Part shown: one piece after another, positions 12,574 through 26,600 of the stretch
Position numbering within the stretch: the stretch's first letter is position 1
How the letters are laid out: the number at the start of each line of letters is the position of its first letter
DNA from: Gordius albopunctatus
Lineage: Eukaryota
DNA: 64,000 nucleotides
Assembly (NCBI GenBank): GCA_964276515.1
Contig: OZ193909.1
Coordinates: 16,058,001 to 16,122,000 of the forward strand
Reading direction: 5' to 3'
Position numbers and translations under genes: made by a program
The notes under the pieces: model-generated
Told to the model about the DNA's origin: nothing
The model's input: only the letters and a program-made list of their open reading frames with translations
Databases searched by the model: none

Positions 12574-14789
12574 CTTCTTCTTCTTTATCAGTTACTTGGT
12601 CCCACATTGGTGGGGTTTGTTTTGATAAGTTTCTTCCATCTTGACCGGGTGAGTGCCATGTCTTGACGAATCTCTTTAGTTTCCATAACTTTATCGACTT
12701 GCCTTTTCCACGTGACACGGGGTCGTCCTCTTCCTCTCTTCCCCGGTATTTTCATGTCTAGCACTTTTCGATTTTCGATGAAAACCATATGTGGGTCTTT
12801 CCTCTTTTCACCATATTTATCCATTATTTGTTTTAGGGCGAAGATTGGGTCTATTGTGGATTCGCCGGCCACGAATCCGAATTGATTAGCCGATATTTCC
12901 ACCTCGCTTTTCAGCCTTGTTACTAAGATCCTTTCTAAAAGCTTCAAGGAGTGGCAAGTTAGCTTGATACCTCTGTAATTGCCGCAGTCCCGAGGGTCTC
13001 TTTTTCCTTTAAATAAGGGTATAATCGTGCTTTCTCTCCATTGATTATTCGCTCTTCTACCAATATCTTGTTAAGGAGGTTCGTCATGGTGGTGACTCCT
13101 TCTTCACGACATCCGAGCAATGCTTCCATAAGTATTCCATCTGGACCATTTGCTTTTCTTTTTTTGCATCTTGTTCATTTGTGTCCTAACTTCATTCTCC
13201 TGAAAGAGTTCGACTATACTTATATTTGGCTCAATTTCGGGAAGGGAATCCTTGTCATTTGCAATATTTATAAGTTTCTTAAAATATCCTTTCAACCTTT
13301 CCATCACTTCTTGCGGCTTGAATAAGGTTTGACCCTTCTCGCTTTTGACTATTTTAAGAACTCCGACATCGCGACTTTTCTTCTCCCTTATCTTGCCCAA
13401 TTTGTACATAAGCCTATCCCCCCCTTTATGATCCAGTTTATTTGCCATCTCGGTGTACGCGGCATTCTTCGCTTTTGCAACGACCTTTTTTGCGGCCCTC
13501 TTTGCGTACCTTTACTGCCACCGTCTATATAGATCTTTCTTTCTTTTGATAAAATCTTTAACCGATTGATCCCACCACCATAGTTCCCTATTCATAGCTT
13601 TGCCTCCTTTGGTCTGTCCTAGAACACAAATCGCTGTTTCCTTAACGTCCTTAGATAGCGTCTCCCAATCGTCGTCTACGTCCCTTTGCAACTTCCTTGC
13701 ACCTAAGAGTGAGCAGGCTTTTTGATGGTATTCTTTGTTAGTCGACGTATCCTTTAGCCTTTCGTATCGAATTCGAGGTTCATAGACCTTTCTTCTTTCG
13801 GGAAATACTCTTCTGTCAAGATCCATAACAAAGGGATGATGTTACCTGGTGATTTCTTCTCCCGGTATTACTTTGCAATCCTTGATACTCCATAAGTTCT
13901 TTCGCTGTATAAGCAAATAGCCGATTTTACTAAAATTCTTCCCACTTCTATAGGTCACCACAATATGATCTTCGGGCTTTTGAAAATATGTGTTAACGAT
14001 TGACATGTCATATGCTTGGGATACTTGGAGAAGTTTTTCCCCTTCTTTGTTCTTCAGACCATGCCCATAGCCTCCATGATTGCGTTCATACCCGAGGCGA
14101 TCTTTCCCAACGTGAGCGTTGAAATCTGCCCCAATAATTAGCCTTTCTTCCCGTCTTATTCCTTGTAATTCCTTTTCCAATGAATCGAAGAATATGTCCT
14201 TCTCTGATTCCAAACATCTAATTTGGGGAGCATACGCGCACATAACGGTTAGGAGACCCCCTTGATCTGCAATCTTCACCCACATTAGCCTGTCGGAACA
14301 ACGCTTGACTTCCACTACCTTGTCCTTGTCTTTGAACGATTCGCTTAGAACGATACCGACTCTTTTTCTACGATTTGGTGACCAACTGTAGAAAAGCTTG
14401 TATCCTTCTCCTAATTTGCGAGCTTTCGTTCCGTTACACCTCATCTCTTGTAGGCAGGCGATGTGCACCTTTCTTCTTCTTAGCATCTGTGCGACCTCGA
14501 TGCTCTTCCCCGTCAACGTTCCCACATTCCAGCACGTAATTCGCATTATTTCCACAACTAGTTTTCTTAACCGCCTTCGTTGTGAGTTAGGCAGTAACCC
14601 TAGTGTATTTTTCACATTGCATGGGCGAGGTATGCTGTGCGCGTCGTTTTTGGAGGACGCCCTAGCCTTTTCTTGTAAAATCTTGTTTGAAACTATCATA
14701 ATTTTGGAGTTGATTTTTATAGCCGGTTTCCGAACTGACGCCAACCCTCCACTTTTTGCACACGGACTTGGGACCATCGTAGGTAGTGT
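12574..14789 (-). mobile_element. RTE-clade non-LTR retrotransposon with both ends intact, RT core deleted, frameshifted
   Basis: APE endonuclease motifs (TCWNVGTL, ACLQE, CAYAPQ, GADFNAHVG); RT start (NYRGIKL, QFGF, HMVFI) fused directly to the C-terminal GKRGRGRPR; (AAG)n 3' tail; 16-bp TSD tttcgctc(t/c)taactct at 12558-12573 and 14790-14805. Confidence 0.92.
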
Positions 14790-15679
14790 TTTCGCTCCTA
14801 ACTCTGATTTAAAATAATTTTTTTTGATCTTTTGTTAAATAGGATTAGTCATCAATCTAATCAAGTAAATGTGTAATTACGAATTAAGTCGGTTAAAAAT
14901 ATATATCAATGATGGTATTAGCTATACTTTAAATCTCCTTTGATACAATAATATAAACCATTTATATAATAATTATTTGGAACTTCTAAAATTAAAATAT
15001 AAAATGAGAGAGAAATTTTTTTTATGAAATTAATATATATAACTACATCTAATTATAGAACTATTTATTACAATAAAAAATGCATAATTAATTAGGATTT
15101 GTAAATCTTTAAAATATCTATCATGGATATAGAAATAATTTAATATTAATCAATCGACCAATACAATCCAAATAAAAATTTAAATTAAGCTCTGAGATAG
15201 CGGTCGTTCTTTGCAACATATTAATTACATGGATAAAATGGATTGAACCAACTAGTGTTTCGATCTCGTCTCGGTCTCGCAAGCAAAATCTCATCTGGTC
15301 TCGGGTTCTATTATGAGAATATCGATCTCGCCTTGTCTCGGTGTAAAAAATCTCGGTCTCTTCTGGGTGAGAAATCTTGACATGTCTCGACTTTTAAAAT
15401 TTTCTATGCTATCTTAATTATTCAAGCTTTTATTAAAATAAATAAAATATTTCAAAATGCGAACTATTTTTTTTTTATTTAAAAGCCTTTACAAACATGT
15501 TTTTTTTACATATTTGAACTAGCTGTGAACATTGGTAAGCATTGGGAAAATAACTAATCTTTTGATAAATAAGTTAGGCGAGTGTTTTCTTTAATACAAC
15601 CGTTATCAGTTCGTTTATAATGAATTTTTCGCGCGTTTATTATATTGTTATAGTAAGTTGAAAGGTACAAGTGGATACT

Positions 15680-16100
15680 CTTTATCATTATTTACAATGG
15701 CATAGGCTCGAAGCGGATAGTGAAAAGAAAAAAGTTTTGAGAAAGGATAAATAAAAGATGGCTTAAATGTAGAGATTTACCGGGAGTTTTATGTGACCAT
15801 CAAAATTGAAAGACAAACTGGATAGGTCAATTATACAGCACAACAGAACTGTATAGCTCGTAAAAATAGCCTATACGAAAACGCAAGCCATACTTAGTGT
15901 CTATGGAGATTAGATGCTAGAATTGATGTTAGGAATAAGCCAAAAACAACACCAGCACGATATAAGAAATATTTTATATAAAAAATCTATCAAGCCAAAG
16001 TTTGTAATATCAGACTTAGATAGTATGGTCATTTAAAAGACGAGATGATGGCTAAGTGGGAAAGAAAATTGAAAGTATGAAACAAGATCTAAGCCTACGT
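15680..16100 (+). mobile_element. Highly degenerate RTE 3' fragment
   Basis: Residual translation RWLKCRDLPGVLCD and YGHLK with many stops and frameshifts, resembling the RTE C-terminus at 59613-60092. Confidence 0.55.
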
Positions 16101-18446
16101 GGAATCACATAGAAATCTGTAAATATAGAGCTAAATAAAAATTAATGATAAAAAACAGATCACCGAGATGACAAACGGTAATAGGGAAAAATAAAATAAT
16201 AAAAGAATATGAAGTCTGGTATATTGATTGTTCCTGAGTGTAGGCTCTTTTTTTAATAACAACGGGTTCAAATAAAGAGCTTATTATCATAATTTAGTGC
16301 AGTGTTAGCATCATTCCATTTTGGATCTCGATGTTTATCAACATGTGGTATACTTCCTTAACCCCTTCCCCCTCCCACCCCCATGCGCTTTTACGTGTGT
16401 GTTATTCCTTCCCCATATATTATTATTTATCATCACGCATCCGCATTTTGTATACGCGTACACAACGGGTATTGAATTGATAAGATATATACATTGATTC
16501 ATTAGTTTTGTTTTATAAAATCTCAAATGATGTAAAGGCAAAAAGAAATAAATTTTATTGTTGCGCTCGCGATTGAATCTTTACCTTTCCCCCAGCCGGC
16601 CCAAAAAATTCCCTATTACCACAATTCGTAAATCGTGTTCCCACGAGGTTTTCATTATGTTGGAACACAATAGAAGCATTTAAAAAAATCATTAAAAAGA
16701 ATTAAATAATGCTGACTTAAAAAATAATCTTTATAAATATCTCATAAGTAACTTTTAGTTATTCATGATAATGGCCCTTGGGCGAGACAAAGTTTATTGT
16801 CAAATGGGGAGGAATGGATCCATTTTTACACAAATATTAAAATTATTGTAAAAATTGTGGCTAAGATGTTCTGTTTTGAGAACACTTATAATCTGCTATA
16901 TATTTAGAATATGTTAAAAAATATAGAGCCATTCCAGACGTTTGCTTTTTCAATCAAATACTACATATAGCCATTTTGATAGATTTTACGCTTACTTTGA
17001 ATTACTTGTTTATAAAATTTAAACACTTACAACTGCTTCACTTATTAATATTTTATGACATTTAACAGTATCAAAATCAATATACAATATAATTTTCATA
17101 AGTACAAACTTTAAAAGTTTGGATTTCACGATCGCTTAGTGTATAAATATAATATGGAAAAACTTATGTTTATGATCTTGGTTATAAGGGTAAAAAAATA
17201 TATACACATATCACAACATAGAATTGTTAAACCTATCTTTTAAAAAAGTTGATTTTATGGCACGACCATAATAAATCATATTTTCATATGGATGACTCCT
17301 CGTGGAATTAATTTATACCTCAAAGATATTTTAGGGATTTAAAAAATTGCCCGCAGAATTTCCCTAAAAATGTCCCTAATTATGAGTGCTGATAAAAAAT
17401 TTAGAAAGGAGAAAGAAATTTTATTAGAATTCGAATTAAACACCAAAGGTTATTTTTATTTATATTTTTTTATAAAAGCTTCTTAAACTTTATGTACCTA
17501 ACTACATAAATAATTTTATATCTCGTTTATAAATTATTAATTAAATTTTATTATGTTTTAATAATGAGCATATTGTCTAATGCTATGAATTTTATTTTTT
17601 ACACTTTTGAATTTATTTTTCATGCTTTTATGACACATCATTAAGTGATATTTTAGATAAATAGTTTGTTTTTGCCATGCATATAATTTTATTTAAAAAA
17701 AGTGTTATATGAAAGTAAATTTGCTATATTTAAAAACTTATATATGTAATTACAAATAATAAAAAACATAGTTGAATAAGTCTTAGTAAAATAGACAATT
17801 TATGAGTCACTATATCTATAACACTAAAATGTCACATTTGTATATTTTATTTATACTTATTTTTTTTAAAATTATAAATCATTATACTTTTTGCATGCCT
17901 CAAAAAAATTACATAATTTATTATCAATAATCTTGTGGAATTCAATTAAAAAATACTATTTTTGTGTATAATATATGCTATTAAGTGGTCAACCAATTTT
18001 TCTTATTTAAAATGCTCTTTTTTGCCTTTTTATTAAACCCTCTATTCAGACAGTCTTCTTCTCAGCCTGACTTTCACTACCCTTTTAAATAATTAAATGC
18101 AATTTTATTGATTTTCAAAATTATATTGTTAGAATTCCCAACCATACCCACTCTCTCGATGGTAGAAACCATTTGGCTCTTTTACCCAATAAATTGATGC
18201 TTGTATTAGTAGAGAATCAATATAAATAAATCCTAACCAATCAATAAATCATCAATAATCTAGTGAGGGGGGAGAGCATATGTAAGAGTTTTTCTTTGTA
18301 AATTCTATTTCATTTGATTTTTAATATTTGCTCACAAATTTTTTCTAATCAGTCATTTGTACTGGAAACACTATATGAAGTTTGATTAATTAATATAACT
18401 TTGATAGTTGTGGCGAATAGTTGTGTTACATTTTGGATCACCTCTT

Positions 18447-20233
18447 AAAGCATGTCTTAATATCGTATTCAGATTCTAATCGCGCGAATTTATCTAGTTG
18501 TCTAAATATCCGATTCAATTACATGAGTCAAACTTGGTTGTAATTATTAATATTTCGTTTTTTTTATAGTTAAAAACTTTTTTTGTTTATTTCAGCTCTT
18601 GAGATTAAATCTAAACTTTACTGCTACCTAAAAATTTAAAAACATACAACATTTAGGCTTAATAAAAAATTTGCATCATACAAAATCGCTGTTATGTTAG
18701 GCGTTTCAAATGCAAATCTGCTGTGAATTTGAAGTTAAGACACGGCTATGTTATAACACATACGACGATTTTCGCTGCCTATCAAAATCCGATATTAAGA
18801 CAAATGTGTAAATTGTTATTATTGGAAATTTAATTTGCTCGGGAAAACTGATCTCCACTTATTTTATAATGCAATTTAGAGATTTTTACCCGAAAAAACT
18901 CATAAAATATCGCCATTGAAAATTTTATATAGTTTGCTCCTTTTAAAATGGATACCTCTATACATAACCCTTTTATAGCCGTTTTCATATAAAATCATAA
19001 CTATTTGAAAAATTATGCTATTAATTTAAAAAAACAAACTAATATATAAATTAATAATCTTTATTAAATGGTATTACAAAAAATTACATTTACGACTAAA
19101 AAAATATAAACAATTTATTTTCAAATGATTTGATACGAAGTTCTTAGTGACAAAATCTATGTTAAATTGCGACGAGTTCAAGTCAAGTAATAGCGATCAA
19201 AACGATGGTAATTAATATTTTTTGTTTGTTTTAATTTTCATCGATCGTTTGCATATGATCAGCCTACGAATAATTTTGGCTCAAATTAACTACCCTATCT
19301 CCCATCGGCAGAGGTCATATTTGTTGGGAACTTTCTGCCCGAACCCGGCCCGATTTAATTTTTTAACTTCATGACCTGTCCGGACCCGCCCGAACCCATC
19401 TAGGTGTCCGCCCGGCCCCCCCCTCGAATCGTTGGGCCGGGCCGGGCATTTCTGATCTCTGATTGGAATTAGAGTGCGGGGGGGGGGCAATAATGATTTA
19501 GGAAAGGGCAAAATGATCTTTTCCCCAAATTTTATCTATATTTTTGATAAATTTTAACAAATTTTTGGATATATAAGGGGGCAACCGCCCTTCCCTGCCC
19601 CCCCCCCCCTTGGCTAAATTTGGGATTTGCTTATTTGCGATGTAAATTAAGCAGACTCGGAGACGACCAGGCACCCAGCCTGCCACTTAGCCACGATTCG
19701 TGGGAAGGGTTATTTACCTCCAGCCATACGACTACGCGTTTTAAATTTTTGCTTACCATGATGAAAGTTTTGCTTGGGTATAATAATAATACATGAAGCA
19801 CGTCGAAAGTAGTATTAAAAGTTTGTTTTAATTTTGAGGGAATCTTTAACATGCATTTTATTTATAATAATTTTCTAATACCCTTTGACGACTGTAATGG
19901 CCGAAATTAACGTAGGGAAATGGGAGAAATATTTTTTATATATAGGGGCTTGTCTTAATATGGGATTTAGGTGCGCAGCAAAAGCGATTTTGTAAGATGC
20001 AAATTTTTTCTTAAGCTTAAATGTGTTGTACGTTGCTAAATTTATAGGTAACAACAAAGTTTAGATTTAATAGCTATAGGGTGAAATAAACAAGGAACGT
20101 TTTTAGCTATCAAAAAATAAAATATTAATAATAATTACAACTGACGTTGACTCATGTAATTGAATGGGATATTTAGACAACTAGATAAATTCGCGCAATT
20201 TGAATCTGAATCCGATTATTTTTAAGACAAGCC
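18447..20233. mobile_element. Non-autonomous DNA transposon with ~80-bp imperfect TIRs and nested MITEs
   Basis: 18453-18532 (tgtcttaatatcgtattcagatt...atttatctagttgtctaaatatc...attacatgagtcaa) is the reverse complement of ~20146-20229. Superfamily unclear. Confidence 0.7.
19309..19461 (-). mobile_element. MITE derivative of the hAT element at 53356-54791
   Basis: Ends CAGAGGTCATATTTGTTGGGAA... and ...GCCGGGCATTTCTGATCTCTG match both ends of 53356-54791 in reverse orientation; no TSD visible. Confidence 0.75.
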
Positions 20234-20321
20234 CTAGGACAAAATTGGTATTAGACCTTCCAAAATATGCTTTTTCTCTAACTCTCATGGCCGTAACCAC
20301 TAGGAGTGTTATCCATTTGCT

Positions 20322-20640
20322 CCCCCCCCTCTAATCCCAATGATGGCTTGCTCCCATGCTAAGTCTAATCACCTTTTAGTCGCTACCAGGGCCCTGAGTT
20401 TTTCTTATTTTTCTAAAAATCAACTTAAACGCTGTCTCCTATGCAAGCTTATCAAGGCTTGACCTCAGGAGTGGGTCCCCCCCTCTAATCCCAATGGTGG
20501 CTTGCTCCCATGCTAAGTCTAATCACCTTTTAGTCGCTACCAGGGCCCTGAGTTTTTCTTATTTTTATAAAAATCAACTTAAACGCTGTCTCCTATGCAA
20601 GCTTATCAAGGCTTGACCTCAGGAGTGGGTCCCCCCCCCT
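20322..20640. repeat. Near-perfect tandem duplication, ~154-bp unit x2, bounded by poly-C runs
   Basis: ctaatcccaatg(a/g)tggcttgctcccatgctaagtc...gacctcaggagtgggtcccccc occurs at 20331 and 20485. Confidence 0.9.
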
Positions 20641-23600
20641 AATATAAATGCTTCAGTTAAAATTTTGAAGAATTCTGTCTGTCAATGAATCAAATTACAC
20701 ATATATACTTATATTTTGTTTGGTAAAATTTTTGGCGCTTTAAGTTTAAACAGCAGCATTTATATTTCCGCGATAGCTCTCATTCATTCCACCCCGATCC
20801 GATCTAAGAAGGCGCGCGCAAACAATATGCTGCCGGTGTAACACGATATCATCAAATAGTACTATACTACTACCTCGTAAACGTTAATCACCGCATCACA
20901 ACTTGATTCATATATTTCAAACTTAAATATATGATGGCATTCCTACCTATTAATTTTAGTTAAAAATGATAAATTTTTGTAATTTCTATTAATTGTTTTA
21001 TCCTTGATTTTGCCATTGAATTTCAAAACTTGACTTTTTTTCCCAATAAATTTCCACGGCATTTATTTCATTTATATATAATTTCTAAAATTTATTTATA
21101 AATAACAAAGGCTGGTATCTTCTGTTTTGATCTCTGTAAAAGGATGTCGAGTTTTTTTTGTAATTACGAGACCTAAAGGAACGTGGTTTAAATAGAGGGG
21201 CAGATGGGATGGCAGGCCAAATACACTTTTCATTATAGTCGACGAGCGACATTGTGCGGAGAGATAAGAATATATTAAATATTTTTGTGCCGGTCGTCTT
21301 CGCCAGAATTTGGGCTATTGGCTTGTGGTGAGCCCTCGTCTTGTCTGGAAATGTGAATTAAAAAATCGATTTTTTAGCCCCGCCCCCCCGTGACACCGAA
21401 TTTAGATGTTGGTCTTACTTACCACCTTATTAACAGCCTCTCAGCCCTCTGTCCCCCTATGTACATAGCCAAGGCATGTGTTTAAGCTTAAAAAATAGCC
21501 TTAATTTAATTATAAAAAATATGAATGTGTGCTGCTCGTAATTTTAGGTGTGTAAGCTTTGTTATCTAGCTACATGCTAATGTTTAAACTATAAAGTAGA
21601 ACTTATATTTATTTCACGTGGATAAGGAATCATACAGAACGATTACGCCCGTGTTTGTGTTGGAAAATATTAATTGGCTAAGTAGAATTTAGACTCCTAG
21701 GTTGAGGAGTTGAGGGATTTGGGTTAGGATTTTCAGCGAAATAAATAACCGTGTGACTTTATATTTATTTGATCACATATATGTGCGAAATGATTTCTCT
21801 CATTTCTTCACCTAAAACCCCATTGTCCTGATCGGGTACAGATCGATAATCAATTAACTATCAATTCTGTGTTTTAAACCGGGCGCACAAAGGACCATCT
21901 GTGATAACAAACTTAGCGAGGGGAGGGGAGAGCTTAAAGGTTGGTGCGCCAAATCAAACCTGACGCCATTTGTTGCTCCTAACCCGGGCTGGTTTTCGGG
22001 TTAGAATCCCTCCCATGATTTTCAGTTAATATATAATTTTAATATTTTATACTTAATAAAAATTAATATTTGTTGGAATTTTACTTTTAGTATTTTATTT
22101 TTTTACACTATTGTCACTTTAAACTTTAAGGAAAAAAAACTTCTTTACCCCAAAAATAGTTACAAAAAAATGAACCTCGAAAATTTTATAACCCCCCTTA
22201 AGGAAATCCTAGTAACGCCTATGAGGGGAGTAGCCGCAACCCCCTGGCTAAGCCCATGCCAAATAGAGTCAGATACATTTTGACATTATTCTATGTTACG
22301 CTAATTAATTCAAAATATATTATCATTTAAGAAATTTTTTGTGACAAAAAATCAGAAAACCTAAGTCAGGTGGTTCTTTGCACTCTTTTTCTTAATCGAA
22401 TAAACAGCCCAAGGGTTTAGTCGATTACAACACTGGTTGGGACTATTGCGTGGTAAAGGGGTCGTTTTTAGGCCAAATTGAGTTGTTAAAATTTGGCGTT
22501 TGGCCCTCATTATTTAGAAATTTAGGGTACCGCGACGCGTCAGCTGTGTGTGTCTCAAAATGGTAACGACGTCAGTCTCGTAAAAACTTAATGAAAGATG
22601 ATAAACGTACGGGGCCTCGCTCGAGGGCTTGCTTGTCAATAATGTTGAGAAAGGTGCATTCTTTCGCGAAATTTAAGGAAAACTTGACTGGGGAAAGATA
22701 GTCTTTCTTTATTGCATGAAAAGAGACTGGGGGGTTAGGGTATGTAACGGTTGAATGTGTTAGACGACTGTAGGGAGCGTGTTAAAAGAATTTGTCGTAA
22801 AGCGCGGCAGTATTGTGCCCGAGGTGGGAGAGGCTTCCTTTCAATGAAGTCGAAAATCTCTTTGTCTAGCATCTGATTTCTCTCTCACTCTCTCTGCATG
22901 TAGGTTGATACCTCCTTTCCCTTTGTGTGCCTTAATCAATGGGATTTGAGCACCTCGCGTCTTGACGTTCTTATATATATATAGGGGTGAAAGTGAGGTT
23001 TTCTAATTAAGTTATATTATGAAAATGATTTAGATTTAGCAAAATCACCATTTATTCCCATTACTTAACTCCACGCTAAGCTCCTATTCTAGATCTTGTC
23101 ATAACTCTGCTTTTTCTGTGGTCATGACATCAATTGTAAATCTCGTTATTATAGAATTTAAAAATTTCAAATTTCTGTTTACAACTCACATTCCTGACAT
23201 CCTGCTCTAAATTTGGTTTCTCTCATATTATTTTGCCCTAAATTTAGCAAAACTTTGTTTTATGTCCGGCTTGTATTTGATTTTTAACTGAAATCATGTC
23301 GTCCAGGTTTTACATTGTATTTTGGTGCCTTAATCATGTACTAGAAATTTTGTTTTAAATAAAATACCTAATGAGCGGACTAAGTCAGGGGAAAACAAAT
23401 TGTAAAAATGGGGGGGAAAACAGCTGGTCGGCATGGAAGTGATGACGACAATAGAATAGGTGTAAGGGGGAGGTGGCAGATTAAAGTGAAGTGGTTCCGT
23501 CCTCTCTCTAAGCTCTAGCTAGTGTTGGGGGAACGCACTTCCACGAATCGAATACACAATCACAAACAAAGGGATGTCCCTTGTTTTATATGTATGATGA

Positions 23601-26600
23601 GGAGCTGAAAAGGAATGTGTGGCAGGCGGCGGCGGCGGCATGCTCCTATTTTTGAGCCTCTTTCTCAATTTTTATAACTCCCTCCTCCGTCGTGCGTATC
23701 CTTTCTTATTACTATATATCATACTTACATATAAGCTAAGCAGCCACTTTGTTGGGGATGGAAGCAGAAGTGCTGCGCTAGCACACCACACCACTCAAGC
23801 AGGTCCGCAAAAGTTTTAGACTAAAAGTGTGTGCTTATAAGGGGGGGGGGTGGTGGCATTAAAAAGTAAGTTGAGAGTCCCTATTTTTTGCACCCACATT
23901 CATCAGGGTTATTTGATTCCGGCTTATGCAATTAAGATTGAAATGTCAAGATGCGTGACGACAAAGTGTCATAGAATCAAACATACAAGTTTATTATATT
24001 ATCATCAAAGATGCTTTCTAGGTATTATATTTAGAACCATACGAATGAGATGAGAGGGAGGGCTTAACAAAAGCACGAGTTCTCGCAGATGGCCCCTTTA
24101 GTTTTGTCGCCCAATTTTTCTCTAGAGAATGGTCACAATACTATACAAAAATTTATAAATTTGCAATATTTACTGGAACATATGTAGTTTCTGGAGATTT
24201 GCTAATCATTTCAGAATTTTTCGCAATTAGTTAAATCTTAGTATTTTGTTTTTTAAACTACCCAAATAATATTAATTTTGAAGACAACACCCATCAATTA
24301 AAATTTGGACGCGACATCTAACGAAAATGTGACATGTTTAAAAATACCATTCATTAAAATTGGATGCATGGGCGTAGCCAGGGTTGGATTGGGGGGGGGG
24401 CAGTAAGGAATTAGGGAGGGGCAAAATGTTATAATTTTTATGAATTTTAAATTTTGACGAATTTTTGTACTTAAATCCCTGGCTACGCGCAAGATTAGAC
24501 GAGAATTTAGGATTTTAAATACAAAATAAGGGGGAAAATATGGACCTCCTCCTCCTCCTCCTCCCCCCTGGGTCCTGCTGCCAACAAAATAGATTAAATT
24601 TAATTCCCTTTTATAACATGCCCCCTGCTGCAAAGTATCTCTAAGAAATCGCTCGTTCGCTCGTTCGTTCGTTCGTATGTTTGGGAGCCCCTACTTACAC
24701 TTGTAGAGTTATAAAAAGTAATTAGGGTATTATTTTTACAAAGCGCTCACGAGTTAGAGAGAGCTCTACACTCCTAATTACTATAAATTAGTGAGGAGCG
24801 TTTCCTCCTCCCCCTCCTCCCCCTTCTAAGATCGCGCGCGCAAATGTGTTTTCGATTATATTCCACCCGTACATGATGATACAATATCTGTGAGTTTGCC
24901 ACTTTGTAAGCTGCTCTTTGTAGTTGCGCCGTACTTTAACCAACTCTATTGCAGTCACTTTTGTGTCCCCAAGCTTACTACTCAGCTGAGCGATGGGTCA
25001 TCTTACCGCATTTGTGAAATTTTATTATTAATTTTTGCTCTTAATCCACCCGCTGTTCCCCTGGCCGGGCCAAATATTAAGTAAATACCATTTTCACTTT
25101 GAAGCGCAATTAAGATCCACATATTTTGAATATTGAAACGTGCTTTTTACTATATAGATTTTTTCCATGGGCGTAGCCAGGATTAGAACTAGAGGGGGCA
25201 ATAATAATAATTAAAGAAGGGGAAAAATGAAATTTTTTTTGTAATTTTAATCATAATTTTTATAAATTTTAACGATTAAATTGATTTAGAGTGGGCCGTT
25301 GCCTCCTTCTGGCCAAGCCCAGGATATTTTCAAGAGCTGTTTTTTAAATAAGACATAGATTGACTTTCCGCGAATCGAGCTACTAAATGTAGGATGAACT
25401 TTACGAATCTGGTGCACAATGTAATAATGTAATATTCGCATTTTAGAAATTGAGACCGGTTTTCACGCATATTCATACGCATGTAATATGTACTAAAAAA
25501 CTACGTAATAAAAGGATACTGTAATTGTTAATTGAAACAAAATAAGTTATATCAAAATGTATAATACTATTTTATAAATAAATACATATTATCAAATAAA
25601 TCACTTAACCCTTGCCTATATTACATTTTGCACATATTACATTTTGCACAGAAGTGGAGCTTTACCTAAAAGATAATAATCCATCTGCTTAATTAAGTTA
25701 CATTTTAAACGATCCCGTCCTTCATTGTTTCATTCATAATGGGGTCCATAATCACCCCAAATTAACGATTCCAATTCATGAAGATAGCAAAGCCTATTTC
25801 GCAAATGACCCCCATTCAAGCCCCCTTCATTGACGCTTATTAGGGTTGTTATCAAATTAAGTTAACGCATTTGTTGTTTTCCATGACCACATCACATCTA
25901 GCATGCGTCTCATGCAAAAATCACCCTCATCATATATGTCGAGAGCGTGGGCTTTAAAAAATATTATTGAGTAGGGCCGGATTTAAGCCGTCGGACACTA
26001 ATGAACGGTTAAGATAGAGTGGCGAAATTTGAATTCGTTGGTTTCTTATGGAGCGTTTAGCCGTTTTTATCGAGATTTGTGTTATAATACGACGCTCATG
26101 ATGTTTAGGGACTCAGCAAGGGGGTGGCTAAGAGGGGCGGGGCTGCTGCAGCCCCTCCCTCAATCATCATTTCTCCCTCCCCCCAAATCCGATCCTGACT
26201 ACGCCCATGCTGGTGTCGATTACATAGTGCAAGTCTGTGTCGTGCCGCTTATTTTACATCGTTTTAAATGAATTTTTTTGTTGTATCTTTTTAAAAAGTT
26301 TAAAGTGACTCTCATCGAGCAAGTATAGTTTCGATGAAATCCTTCAATTAACCTTTAAGCATCCTGGCGCTACATTTGATTAAATCTTTCGCTCTCCCTG
26401 CAATGGTGCTCAGAGATGAAATATGATATGATGTCCCGATTCAATTTTATTTATACTTGCATATTTTAGGGGAAAACTTCAGCGACTCTCGAGTATTAAT
26501 ACTATACTCTATATGTATTACTCACTTCTCACTCGACAACTGTCAAATTTTTTGTAAATTTTATGTTTTTTCCAAACCATTGGCATCGGGAACGGCAAAT

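Noticed and set aside
14398..14817. 139-aa plus-strand ORF and similar antisense ORFs (13041-13325, 59596-59919, 48549-48806)
   Set aside because: They are shadows of real coding sequence on the opposite strand and have no recognisable motifs.
24298..24633. Gly/Pro-rich 111-aa ORF
   Set aside because: It derives from the G/C runs of a CATGGGCGTAG MITE copy.
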